This document shows, one piece after another, positions 48,518 through 57,347 of a stretch of DNA of 64,000 nt. The notes below the pieces were generated by a model that saw only the letters and a list, made by a program, of their open reading frames with translations, did not search any database and was not told the origin of the DNA. Position 1 is the stretch's first letter. Each line of letters starts with the position of its first letter. Origin of the DNA: an uncultured Chitinophaga sp. (GTDB taxonomy: Bacteria; Bacteroidota; Bacteroidia; NS11-12g; UBA955). The translations under genes were made by a program, and so were the position numbers. The stretch lies in assembly GCA_964505065.1 (NCBI GenBank), contig CAZDGF010000005.1, positions 6,850 to 70,849 on the forward strand, given 5' to 3'.

Positions 48518-49936
48518 CCCTCAGTGTTTATTCAACAATATAATACAACAGATACAATTGCCGCTATAGCTTCAGCACAAGCGGTTTCGGCTATTGGCGT
48601 AATCCGAATTTCTGGGAATGAAGCTTTTGCTATTTGTAATAAAATTTTTAAAGGTAAAAATTTAACGCTACAGCCTTCGCATACCATTCATTATGGCTAT
48701 ATTGTTGATGAAAACAACAATGTTGTGGACGAGGTAATGGTTTCTATTTTTAAAGCACCTAAAAGTTTTACTACTGAAGATAGCGTAGAAATAAGTTGCC
48801 ATGGCTCGCCTTTTATTTTAAGTAGTGTTTTACAATTATTGGTAAATGCTGGTGCAAGATTGGCTTTAGCGGGCGAATTCTCTATGCGAGCATTTATAAA
48901 TGGAAGAATAGATTTAACCCAAGCAGAAGCCGTAGGCGATACCATTGCAGCGCAAAATGAAGCGCAACTTTCTATTGCCTTACAGCAAATGCGTGGCGGC
49001 TTGTTGAACGAAATTTCAGCATTAAGACAACAATTGTTAGATTTTGTTTCGTTAATTGAGCTTGAATTAGACTTTGGCGAAGAAGATGTAGAATTTGCAG
49101 ATAGAACACAGTTTAATTTATTAATAGAAAAAATAATAGCCCATATTTCGCCAATTATCCAATCGTTTAAATATGGCAATGCCATAAAAAATGGTATTCC
49201 TGTAGCAATAATTGGCAGGCCAAATGCAGGAAAATCATCTTTGCTTAATTTATTGTTGAACGAAGAAAGAGCAATAGTGTCTGAAATAGCAGGAACAACA
49301 AGAGATACCATTGAAGAGGTATTGAATATTAATGGCATTGCCTATCGATTTATAGATACAGCAGGTATAAGAAATACGGAGGATACCATTGAAAAAATAG
49401 GCATTGCAAAAGCATTAAAGAAAGTAGAAGAAGCCCAAATAGTGGTTTATATTTTCGATTGCTCTGCTACAAATTTTATTGAGGTGCAAGCCGATTTGAG
49501 CATGATAAAAGAAAAAAATGAAGAAGCAAAAATTTTAATTTTAGCCAATAAAACAGATTTAATTTCTAATGCAGAATTAATTACCATTATAAACCAATTA
49601 AAAACGCTAAACAATGATGCAATCTTACCTATTCAATTAACAGAAAATACGGTTTTAGAAATTGAAAAAATTAAAGAAACCTTAAACAATTTGTTTTCTA
49701 AAACAGACATTAAAAACAACGATACTGTAATTACCAATTTAAGGCATTATACAGCACTTTCCGATGCAAAAATAGCTTTAGAGAATGTACAGCAACACAT
49801 AGTTAATCAATCTACAAGCGATATTTTGGCTTTAGAAGTTAAAAAAGCATTGCACGCACTTGGCGAAATTTCGGGCGAAATACACAACGATGAGGTGTTG
49901 GGCAATATTTTTGGTAAGTTTTGTATCGGAAAGTAA
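48515..49936 (+). CDS. mnmE: tRNA modification GTPase MnmE
   Basis: DTIAAIAS, GRPNAGKSSLLN, DTAGIR and the C-terminal FCIGK. The start is uncertain (48515 TTG or 48524 GTG). Confidence 0.92.
   Translation: MPSVFIQQYNTTDTIAAIASAQAVSAIGVIRISGNEAFAICNKIFKGKNLTLQPSHTIHYGYIVDENNNVVDEVMVSIFKAPKSFTTEDSVEISCHGSPFILSSVLQLLVNAGARLALAGEFSMRAFINGRIDLTQAEAVGDTIAAQNEAQLSIALQQMRGGLLNEISALRQQLLDFVSLIELELDFGEEDVEFADRTQFNLLIEKIIAHISPIIQSFKYGNAIKNGIPVAIIGRPNAGKSSLLNLLLNEERAIVSEIAGTTRDTIEEVLNINGIAYRFIDTAGIRNTEDTIEKIGIAKALKKVEEAQIVVYIFDCSATNFIEVQADLSMIKEKNEEAKILILANKTDLISNAELITIINQLKTLNNDAILPIQLTENTVLEIEKIKETLNNLFSKTDIKNNDTVITNLRHYTALSDAKIALENVQQHIVNQSTSDILALEVKKALHALGEISGEIHNDEVLGNIFGKFCIGK
49922..49936 (+). 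repeat. attL-like core: last 15 nt of mnmE (tgtatcggaaagtaa)
   Basis: Exact 15-mer repeated at 57136-57150. Extending to 18 nt adds one synonymous mismatch (ttt/ttc), and both copies encode FCIGK-stop. Confidence 0.7.
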
Positions 49937-49980
49937 CCACCACAAAACAACTAAACATCAAACCAATAAGAAACTTATAC

Positions 49981-50006
49981 AAAGCCCTCTAATACAGGGC
50001 TTTTTT
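49981..50006 (+). terminator. Terminator-like hairpin supplied by the element downstream of mnmE
   Basis: aaagccct-ctaatac-agggcttt followed by T6. Confidence 0.5.
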
Positions 50007-50059
50007 AATGCTTACAAATATAGGTTTCTTTTGTGTTAATAGTTGTTTGTTTATGGAAT

Positions 50060-50110
50060 ATTTGTACCTTTGCTGTACCTTACTATGGGTTGAAAGGCAA
50101 ATTTGTACCT
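50060..50110 (+). repeat. Direct copies of ATTTGTACCT (candidate recombinase arm-type sites), left end
   Basis: atttgtacct at 50060-50069 and 50101-50110, and gctgtacct at 50072-80. The same 10-mer occurs twice at 57053-57073. Confidence 0.5.
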
Positions 50111-50173
50111 CAACCCATTTTTTAGGTTTACAAACTTGACACTTTTAAACACTTAAATACAGTATAGTACAAA

Positions 50174-50737
50174 ATGAGTTCAAATATTAAGATACAACGT
50201 ATTTGCCAGCATTGCGGCAATGAGTTCACAGCACGAACCACCACCACGCTTTACTGTTCACACCGTTGCAATAGTGCAGCATACAAAGCCAAACAAAGGG
50301 CTGGTAAGGTTGAGCAAAGCAATAAGGAAACCCAGCGTATAAAAAGCCAGCCTATTGAGGAACTAAAGGCAAAGGAATTTTTAAGCGTTACACAGGTTTC
50401 AAAATTAATCGGCTGTTCCCGACAAAATGTTTACAACCTTATCAATACTGGTAAGCTGAAAGCGACAAACATTTTATTAAAGAAAACTATTGTAAAGCGT
50501 TCAGACCTTGACAAACTATTTAAAGAGCCAACCAACCGAACACCTCAACCCGAAAAGCAACCCGAACAAATGCAGTTTGATATTTCCGACTGTTACAACC
50601 TTACAGAAATACAAAGTAAATACGGTATTTCAGAAACAGCCTTACAAAACCTTATTAAACGAAACAGCATACCCAAAATAAAAAAGGGCTGGTTTGCATA
50701 CGTTCCGAAAACGGTAATTGATAAACTATTGAGTTAA
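50174..50737 (+). CDS. DNA-binding protein with N-terminal zinc-ribbon-like CxxC pairs and two excisionase/MerR-type HTH modules
   Basis: CQHCGNEF...CSHRC, LSVTQVSKLIGCSRQNVYNLINTGKL, NLTEIQSKYGISETALQNLIKRNSI. Confidence 0.6.
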   Translation: MSSNIKIQRICQHCGNEFTARTTTTLYCSHRCNSAAYKAKQRAGKVEQSNKETQRIKSQPIEELKAKEFLSVTQVSKLIGCSRQNVYNLINTGKLKATNILLKKTIVKRSDLDKLFKEPTNRTPQPEKQPEQMQFDISDCYNLTEIQSKYGISETALQNLIKRNSIPKIKKGWFAYVPKTVIDKLLS

Positions 50738-50757
50738 ACACTAAAGCATAAAAGACA

Positions 50758-51900
50758 ATGGCAATAAAAGTAAAATTAAGAGAAAAGAAAATTACAGGGA
50801 ACAGGCAAAGTTTGTATTTAGATTTTTACCCAGCTATACCACACCCCGAAACAGGCGAACCAACCCGAAGGGAATTTTTAGGGCTGTACCTTTTTGATAA
50901 GGCAAAGAACCCTATTGATAAGCAAGGCAACAAAGAAACTTTACAGCTTGCCGAACAGATAAGGCAGAAACGTGAAAACTATTTAAACAAGCCCGAAATT
51001 TACACAGGGTACGAAAAGGAACAACTAAAAATTAAAGAGCAGGGCGAACAGAATTTTGTTACCTACTTTAAAAGCCTTGCTGACAAACGCAAAGCCAGCA
51101 ACCACGATAACTGGGTTTCAGCTTACAATTACCTTGAAACATTTACAAAGGGAAATTTGAAGTTTGCCGACCTCAACGAAAAGTTTTGTAATGAGTTCAA
51201 AGAGCATTTACTCACTACCAAAAGCAATAAGAGCAACAAAGTAACCCTTGCCCAAAATTCAGCCGTTTCCTATTTCAATAAACTGAAAGCAACTTTAAAG
51301 CAAGCCTATAAAGACGGGTATTTACCAAGCGACCTAAACGGCAAAATACAACCAGTTAAACAGGCAGAAACACAAAGAAACTTTTTAACCATTGAGGAAC
51401 TGAATAGCCTTGTAAAAACAGAATGTAATAACCCTTTATTGAAACGTGCAGCCCTATTTTCAGCCCTCACAGGGTTGAGGTTTTCAGATATTAAAAACCT
51501 TGTTTGGGGCGAACTGGAATACATTGAGGGCAACGGTTATTTTATTCAGTTCAAACAACAAAAAACTAAAGGGGTTGAAATGATGCCTATTTCTGAACAG
51601 GCTTACAGCTTGCTGGGTGAATGTAAAGAACCCACCGACAACGTATTTGAGGGGCTTACCTATTCTGCATACGAAAACAAACACCTGTACCAATGGATTG
51701 GAGCAGCAGGAATAACAAAGGATATAACCTTTCATTGTTTCAGGCACACGTTTGCCACCTTGCAACTATCAAAGGGAACAGATATTTACACCGTTTCAAA
51801 AATGCTGGGACACCGTGAACTTAAAACTACACAGATTTACGCAAAGATTATAGACAAAACCAAACGTGATGCAGCCGACAAAATTAAATTAGAAATGTAA
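50758..51900 (+). CDS. int: Tyrosine site-specific recombinase (Bacteroidota phage-integrase family with SAM-like N domain)
   Basis: LTGLRFSDIKNL (Arg), HCFRHTFAT (HxxR), LGHRELKTTQIYAKI (His ... Tyr). Confidence 0.9.
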   Translation: MAIKVKLREKKITGNRQSLYLDFYPAIPHPETGEPTRREFLGLYLFDKAKNPIDKQGNKETLQLAEQIRQKRENYLNKPEIYTGYEKEQLKIKEQGEQNFVTYFKSLADKRKASNHDNWVSAYNYLETFTKGNLKFADLNEKFCNEFKEHLLTTKSNKSNKVTLAQNSAVSYFNKLKATLKQAYKDGYLPSDLNGKIQPVKQAETQRNFLTIEELNSLVKTECNNPLLKRAALFSALTGLRFSDIKNLVWGELEYIEGNGYFIQFKQQKTKGVEMMPISEQAYSLLGECKEPTDNVFEGLTYSAYENKHLYQWIGAAGITKDITFHCFRHTFATLQLSKGTDIYTVSKMLGHRELKTTQIYAKIIDKTKRDAADKIKLEM

Positions 51901-51919
51901 CTAACATAAAAAATTACAA

Positions 51920-52822
51920 ATGAATAATACAAAAGGCTGGTACAATATTGTACAAAAAATAAATACAGAACTTGAAAATCGAACAAAAAGCGACAATCCC
52001 CACCCGATGGACTTGCTTTTAAAAGAGCAGACAAATATAGTTATTCAACTTTTTAATGAATGTGAGTTTGTAGGTTTTTCAAAAACCGACCCCAAAGCTG
52101 AAACCATTGTTGAAAATGTTTTAAAATGCGTTCAAAATTCACTAGCTAATAAAATTAGCGATGTACCCGACAAACCTTTTTTTAATTTGTATTTAGTTTT
52201 ACTTTTTTTGGAAAAGGTTTTGCAGATTATTAAAAATGAATACGAAAGCAACCTAAATATAAGTATAGAATACCTTGAAAATATCATTTATCAAAGTAAT
52301 GACTATGAAAATTTAGTTGAGGCTTCTCGAAGCATAGGTCGAAACATTATAAATAATAAACAACACCCCGATTTTGGAATATTAAAAAAACACATTGCGG
52401 AACAACTTGAATACATTGAACGAAATAACAAAACAGTAAAAGCCTTACCGCCTCAACAAACGAAAACGGACAAACTTAAAGCTGAACTGGGTAAATACGG
52501 TTTCTTTGAATTACTAAAGGTTAAGCAACTTTCAGAGCCAAACAAACAAAGCCTTGTTGAAATGATAAGTACAAACGGGTTGCCTTACAGCATTGCAATG
52601 TTTGAATATTTAGGCTTTTTAAAGCACATAGAAAACGAACACTTTAAAACAAAATACAAGCTGAATAAAGAGGTTGCAAAATGGTTTAATTCAGATAAAG
52701 AAGGAAGGGCAGTTAAGGGCAATATTTCAAGCCTTTCAGAATACAGTAAAGAGGATAAAAGCAAATACACGGCACATACCCATAAAGAAACTGTAAAAAC
52801 CGATTATCAAAAATTGAAATAG
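51920..52822 (+). CDS. Hypothetical protein of the element
   Basis: 300 aa, no recognised motifs. Confidence 0.45.
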   Translation: MNNTKGWYNIVQKINTELENRTKSDNPHPMDLLLKEQTNIVIQLFNECEFVGFSKTDPKAETIVENVLKCVQNSLANKISDVPDKPFFNLYLVLLFLEKVLQIIKNEYESNLNISIEYLENIIYQSNDYENLVEASRSIGRNIINNKQHPDFGILKKHIAEQLEYIERNNKTVKALPPQQTKTDKLKAELGKYGFFELLKVKQLSEPNKQSLVEMISTNGLPYSIAMFEYLGFLKHIENEHFKTKYKLNKEVAKWFNSDKEGRAVKGNISSLSEYSKEDKSKYTAHTHKETVKTDYQKLK

Positions 52823-52894
52823 GGAGTACCCCCCTATTGTTGCCCCCAAAAGCCCCCTATACTATTGCACTATCAAATATAAAAAGATAGTCAA

Positions 52895-53248
52895 ATGGAA
52901 AATTTAACAGAGGGTTTAACCCTTGAAACATTACCGAAAGCCTTTACACAACTTACCAATGAAGTAAGCGAAATAAAAAGGCTGTTACTTGAAAAGAGTA
53001 ACGAACAACCAACCGAAACCGACCGTTGGTTTGACCTCAACGAACTTTGTATTTACCACCCCGACAAACCCAGTAAACCCACAGTTTACGGCTGGGTGAA
53101 TGTTGGTACTATTCCTGTACACAAAGGCGGTAAAAAGTTGAGGTTTCTAAAATCGGAAATTGATAACTGGTTAAGGCAAGGCAGAAAAAAGACGTTGGCA
53201 GAAACAGCCAGCGAAGCCGAACAATACTTAAAAAACAAAAAAGGGTAA
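52895..53248 (+). CDS. Excisionase/AlpA-like helix-turn-helix protein
   Basis: RWFDLNELCIYHPDKPSKPTVYGWVNVGTIPVHKGGKKLRFLKSEIDNWL. Confidence 0.7.
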   Translation: MENLTEGLTLETLPKAFTQLTNEVSEIKRLLLEKSNEQPTETDRWFDLNELCIYHPDKPSKPTVYGWVNVGTIPVHKGGKKLRFLKSEIDNWLRQGRKKTLAETASEAEQYLKNKKG

Positions 53249-53252
53249 AACT

Positions 53253-53456
53253 ATGCAGCAACATAATAAACCCCTTTTTGAAAATCTTAATTCTAACAAT
53301 GGCAAATTTAACGATTTATTTTCATTGTTAAATAACATCAAAACCTTTTCTGTAATATCTAAAAATAACATTTACAGACTTGCAGAAGCGTATCAAATTG
53401 AAGTTGATAGTTTAGCTTTTTTAATATCAATTTATGGAGGGGAGGTAAACTACTAA
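53253..53456 (+). CDS. Small hypothetical protein
   Basis: 67 aa. Its stop overlaps the start of the next gene (TAATG). Confidence 0.35.
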   Translation: MQQHNKPLFENLNSNNGKFNDLFSLLNNIKTFSVISKNNIYRLAEAYQIEVDSLAFLISIYGGEVNY

Positions 53457-54511
53457 TGTATAATTTTGAATTTGACAAATACGGTATAGGGGTTGAGGAT
53501 ATTAAAACCGAAGCTGAACAACTTTTAAAGCAAGGCAATGAAGCCAAAGAAAGCAAAGGACTGTTCACCGTGAAAACAGCCAGCCGTTGGATTGAACAGG
53601 CGAAAACCCGTCCCATTCCGCAAATGCTTTTTGGTGAATTTTGGTTTGAGGGTGAACTATGTATTTTGTTTGCCGACACTAATTTAGGGAAGTCAATTTT
53701 AGCCGTGCAAATAGGTAACAGTATAAGCAAGGGCGAACAAATACGGGGCTTTAAATTGGAAACACCAAAGCAGCCGATTTTGTATTTTGATTTTGAGTTA
53801 AGCGACAAACAATTTGAAAACCGTTATTCAATAAAATTTGAACAGCATTACAACTTTGATAATAACTTTATACGGGTTGAAATAAACCCCGATGCCTTCG
53901 CACCCGATAATATTTCAAATGAGGATTACCTCAACCATTCATTGGAACGAAGTATTATCGAAACAGGGGCAAAGGTTTTAATCATTGATAACCTTACTTA
54001 CCTCAAAAATGAAACTGAAAAGGCTAAAGATGCTTTGCCCTTAATGAAACATTTGAAAGCATTAAAAAACAAATACGGGCTTTCTATTTTAGCACTTGCA
54101 CACACACCAAAAAGGGACTTATCAAAACCAATTACCCGAAATGATTTACAAGGCAGTAAGATGCTAATAAACTTTTGTGATAGTTCCTTTTCAATAGGTG
54201 AAAGCCACAGCGACAAAAATTTACGCTACCTGAAACAGATTAAGCAACGAAACACCGAACAAATTTACGATGCTGAAAATGTTTGTGTTTGTCAAATTGA
54301 TAAGCCCCTCAATTTCCTATTGTTTGAGTTTGTGAATTTCGGTAAGGAATGGGAACACCTGAAACAGCAAACTGAAAAGGACAAAGAAAACCTGAACGAA
54401 AAAGTAAGCGAACTAAAGCAGCAAGGGCGAAGCCTTCGGGAAATAGGGGCTGAACTGGGTATTTCTCACATGAAAGTAAGTAGAATTTTAAAAGACTGTA
54501 ACATACTGTAA
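53456..54511 (+). CDS. RecA-fold (AAA_25/RepA-like) ATPase with C-terminal HTH
   Basis: Walker A ADTNLGKS, Walker B VLIIDNLTYL, and the C-terminal SLREIGAELGISHMKVSRILK. Confidence 0.7.
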   Translation: MYNFEFDKYGIGVEDIKTEAEQLLKQGNEAKESKGLFTVKTASRWIEQAKTRPIPQMLFGEFWFEGELCILFADTNLGKSILAVQIGNSISKGEQIRGFKLETPKQPILYFDFELSDKQFENRYSIKFEQHYNFDNNFIRVEINPDAFAPDNISNEDYLNHSLERSIIETGAKVLIIDNLTYLKNETEKAKDALPLMKHLKALKNKYGLSILALAHTPKRDLSKPITRNDLQGSKMLINFCDSSFSIGESHSDKNLRYLKQIKQRNTEQIYDAENVCVCQIDKPLNFLLFEFVNFGKEWEHLKQQTEKDKENLNEKVSELKQQGRSLREIGAELGISHMKVSRILKDCNIL

Positions 54512-54550
54512 CAACTGTAACACCCTGTTACAAGTGTTACACCTGTTACA
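54496..54550. promoter_or_regulatory. Iteron-like array: 3 x TGTAACA then 3 x TGTTACA at 9-10 bp spacing
   Basis: ctgtaacatactgtaacaactgtaacaccctgttacaagtgttacacctgttaca. It spans the stop of the ATPase gene and the gap before the primase-like gene. Confidence 0.55.
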
Positions 54551-54565
54551 CAAAAGAGGTAAACA

Positions 54566-55846
54566 ATGAGTGAACACAAATACATATTAGAACCATACAA
54601 GGGAATGAATACCCGTTACCATTGCCCCAGTTGCCAACAAAGGGATAAAACCTTTTCACTTTACATTGATACGGAAACAGGCGAACACATACACCCCACA
54701 GTTGGCAGGTGCAACCGTGAGAGTAATTGCGGTTATCATTACACACCTAAACAATTTTTTATTGATAATGGAGTTTTTAAAAGTTTCTGGACAGATACGC
54801 ACGCACGCACGAAAAATTCAGTTTGCATGATGAGTAGTAAGCCTGTTTCCTATATTCCAATTTTAGTATTTAAAGCCAGTCTAAAAGAATATGAAACAAA
54901 CCACTTTGTACAGTTCCTTATTAACCTATTCGGTGTTGATGTTGCCAGCCAACTGGTAAGCCGTTATTTTATTGCCACCTCAAAATATTGGAACGGTTCA
55001 ACTGTATTTTGGCAAATAGATGCAAAGGGCAAAGTAAGAACGGGTAAAATAATTCTTTACAGCCCCACCACAGGCAAAAGAGTAAAGAACCTTGAACTAC
55101 CTGTTTACTGGGTGCACAAAGCCCTTAAACAGCCCGAATTTGAATTAAGGCAATGTTTGTTTGGGGAACACTTACTAATTGATAAAACAAAACCCGTTGC
55201 CATAGTTGAAAGCGAAAAAACGGCTATAATTGCCAGCGTTTATTTGCCCCAGTTTATTTGGGTTGCCGTTGGCAGCCTTACCAACCTGAACGCTGAAAAG
55301 TGCAGTATATTAAAGGGGCGAACTGTTACACTATTTCCCGACCTCAACGGGTTTGATAAATGGAGCAGCAAGGCAAAGGAACTTTCACACCTTGCAATAT
55401 TTACCGTTTCCGATTTATTAGAACGTAAAGCCACCGAAGCAGAAAAGAAACAAGGGTTTGACCTTGCCGACTATTTAATAAAATACGATTACAAAGCCTT
55501 TGCTATACCTGAACCCGAAGCCACCGACCCCCCAGCCGTTCAAACATTGGTTGAGGTGAAACCATTTGAGCAACCCGAACCCGTTTACTATTTTAGCAAG
55601 CCCGAACAACCAAAAACTGAAAGCTGGGAACAGGATATTACTGAACTTGAAAACTACTTTACAAATATTACACTACCAACCCAGCCCATAAAGCTGAACA
55701 AGTGCAGCACAATAATAAACTGTTCCCTATTCATTGAAAGCCACTTTGCAACCGTGAAAGCGAACAACGGCAAACGAATCTTTTTACCATACCTCAACCG
55801 TTTACAAGAATTGAAAGGTATATTTCAAAGTTCCTTAATTATTTAG
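54566..55846 (+). CDS. Primase-like protein (N-terminal zinc-binding motif plus Toprim-like core)
   Basis: YHCPSCQQRDKTFSLYID...GRCNRESNCGYHYTPKQFF and the Toprim-like VAIVESEKTAIIAS ... LFPDLNG. Confidence 0.6.
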   Translation: MSEHKYILEPYKGMNTRYHCPSCQQRDKTFSLYIDTETGEHIHPTVGRCNRESNCGYHYTPKQFFIDNGVFKSFWTDTHARTKNSVCMMSSKPVSYIPILVFKASLKEYETNHFVQFLINLFGVDVASQLVSRYFIATSKYWNGSTVFWQIDAKGKVRTGKIILYSPTTGKRVKNLELPVYWVHKALKQPEFELRQCLFGEHLLIDKTKPVAIVESEKTAIIASVYLPQFIWVAVGSLTNLNAEKCSILKGRTVTLFPDLNGFDKWSSKAKELSHLAIFTVSDLLERKATEAEKKQGFDLADYLIKYDYKAFAIPEPEATDPPAVQTLVEVKPFEQPEPVYYFSKPEQPKTESWEQDITELENYFTNITLPTQPIKLNKCSTIINCSLFIESHFATVKANNGKRIFLPYLNRLQELKGIFQSSLII

Positions 55847-55856
55847 GTTATTCTCT

Positions 55857-56435
55857 ATGGGGCGACATTCAAACATTCCTACTCTATACGATTTCTGTAA
55901 AAAACTATCAATTTCAGACCTTAAACGGCTTAAATATTTAAAACCCAACCAATGCCAAAGTGGTGCTATAACGTGGAAAAACAATGGATTTAAAACAGGG
56001 AGTATCTCAATAAAGGTCAACACCTATTTAGAAAATCCTTATATTGAATTAAGTTATAGTATTAATCTTGTACCCCAAAATTATCGTATTCACTTTAAGT
56101 TATTGCCCTCAAATTTAGGCAAAGGGCTTGTTTGGTTATTTATTTGTCCAATTTCAGGCAGCTATTGCCGAAAGTTGTATTTATTAGATAAGCACTTTTG
56201 TCACCGAACAGCATATAATTTTGGAACATACCAAACCCAAACTTTAGGCACAAAGGATAAGTTTTTGATAAGGCAGTTTGATAAGATGACTAAAGCGAAT
56301 AACGCTAAAAGCAAACTATACAGTAAGAATTTTAAAAAGCATTACAACGGCAAACCCACAAAACAATATTTGAAGCTATTAAGGCAAATTGAAGCTGGGG
56401 GCAGTATTTCTGAAACTGAACTATTAATGAAATAA
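55857..56435 (+). CDS. Hypothetical cargo protein A (192 aa, Cys/His cluster)
   Basis: LFICPISGSYCRKLYLLDKHFCHRTAY. No family recognised. Confidence 0.45.
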   Translation: MGRHSNIPTLYDFCKKLSISDLKRLKYLKPNQCQSGAITWKNNGFKTGSISIKVNTYLENPYIELSYSINLVPQNYRIHFKLLPSNLGKGLVWLFICPISGSYCRKLYLLDKHFCHRTAYNFGTYQTQTLGTKDKFLIRQFDKMTKANNAKSKLYSKNFKKHYNGKPTKQYLKLLRQIEAGGSISETELLMK

Positions 56436-56483
56436 ATCAATTTTTTTTATATTGAGTTTTTGAATACTTTTGAAAAAAAAAAT

Positions 56484-57038
56484 ATGATAGGAATTATCCC
56501 AAATCCAAAAAAAACATTTCAAATTGAAAAAAAATTAGAAGATGTTCAATCGGCAATTGAAGATATTGTCCTTTTCGACACAAAATACACACTTTTAAAA
56601 ACAAATCCAATTCTAAATCTATTAACTTTTGAAGCAACAGAATTTTTAAGTTTAGGAGTTTTTATTGATATTACTTGTTTTACAGTTAATGAGAGCAGAA
56701 CTGAAATTACAATAGAAATTAAAAGAAAAGTTGGAACTTTCAATCAAAGTCATGAAGTAACACAGGCGAACCAACATATTACTAAAATTACTGATTTAAT
56801 ATCTGAAAGCATAAGTACAGATAAGGATATTAGAAAAGAAATGTTTGAAAATATCGAAATCCAAAAACAGAATAAAATTGATGCCGATAAACAAAGAATA
56901 GAAAGTATAAGAGAAAAAGGCAGAATTGAAAAACTTAATAACCCTATTTTATATTACACTAAACAGTCTTTGATTATTTTATTTAGTATTGGATTAATAA
57001 TAGGAGTTGTCTATGTAGTTATTAAAGTGTTAAAATAA
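56484..57038 (+). CDS. Hypothetical cargo protein B, C-terminally membrane-anchored (about 184-192 aa)
   Basis: C-terminal TM helix LIILFSIGLIIGVVYVVIKVL preceded by a charged helical stretch. The gene is very AT-rich. ATG at 56484 is preferred over the TTG at 56460. Confidence 0.45.
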   Translation: MIGIIPNPKKTFQIEKKLEDVQSAIEDIVLFDTKYTLLKTNPILNLLTFEATEFLSLGVFIDITCFTVNESRTEITIEIKRKVGTFNQSHEVTQANQHITKITDLISESISTDKDIRKEMFENIEIQKQNKIDADKQRIESIREKGRIEKLNNPILYYTKQSLIILFSIGLIIGVVYVVIKVLK

Positions 57039-57052
57039 TAATTTATTGTATT

Positions 57053-57073
57053 ATTTGTACCTTATTTGTACCT
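57053..57073 (+). repeat. Two tandem copies of ATTTGTACCT (candidate arm-type sites), right end
   Basis: 57053-57062 and 57064-57073, in the same orientation as the left-end copies. Confidence 0.5.
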
Positions 57074-57135
57074 TGTGTTTTTCAATTTTTCATAAAACGC
57101 TATTTATTAAACACTTAACAAAGTAAATTACTTTC

Positions 57136-57150
57136 TGTATCGGAAAGTAA
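57136..57150 (+). repeat. attR-like core (tgtatcggaaagtaa)
   Basis: Exact repeat of the mnmE 3' end. It is embedded in an inverted repeat gtaaattactttc (57123-57135) / gaaagtaatttac (57142-57154). Confidence 0.7.
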
Positions 57151-57347
57151 TTTACCTTCTTTTGTTAATTTGTTGTTTTTGTTAGGGTTTTAGTGTGTTT
57201 TTCTTGCACTTTGTCTTTGCCTCTATATACTTTTTTACTTATCATTGCAAACACTTTGGCCTACCCACTATATAAAATAGTTCAAGGCGAACCAATGGCA
57301 GATGAAGCAATAAAATCAGTATCTAAAAAAATAAAGAAAGCAAAGTA

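Larger units (their letters stand above)
49937..57150 (+). mobile_element. ~7.2 kb integrative element inserted in the 3' end of mnmE (integrase, excisionase-like HTH proteins, RecA-fold ATPase, Toprim/primase-like protein, cargo)
   Basis: Bounded by the 15-bp direct repeat, with a tyrosine recombinase next to the mnmE-proximal end. The replication/excision gene set resembles NBU-type or satellite-type elements. No relaxase or structural phage genes are seen. Confidence 0.7.

Noticed and set aside
48697-49338. 213-aa minus-strand ORF
   Set aside because: It is antisense to mnmE, whose G-domain motifs are clear. It is a typical long shadow ORF in a low-GC gene.
53359-53808. 149-aa minus-strand ORF in the integrative element
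   Set aside because: It overlaps two well-packed plus-strand genes (the 67-aa gene and the ATPase) and has Ser/Leu/Cys-rich shadow composition.
49937-57150. Claim of a clear GC-content shift for the whole integrative element
   Set aside because: Spot counts of 60-mers gave 27-47% GC inside the element versus 25-43% in core genes. That is too noisy to assert without a proper sliding-window calculation. Only the very AT-rich last cargo gene stands out by eye.
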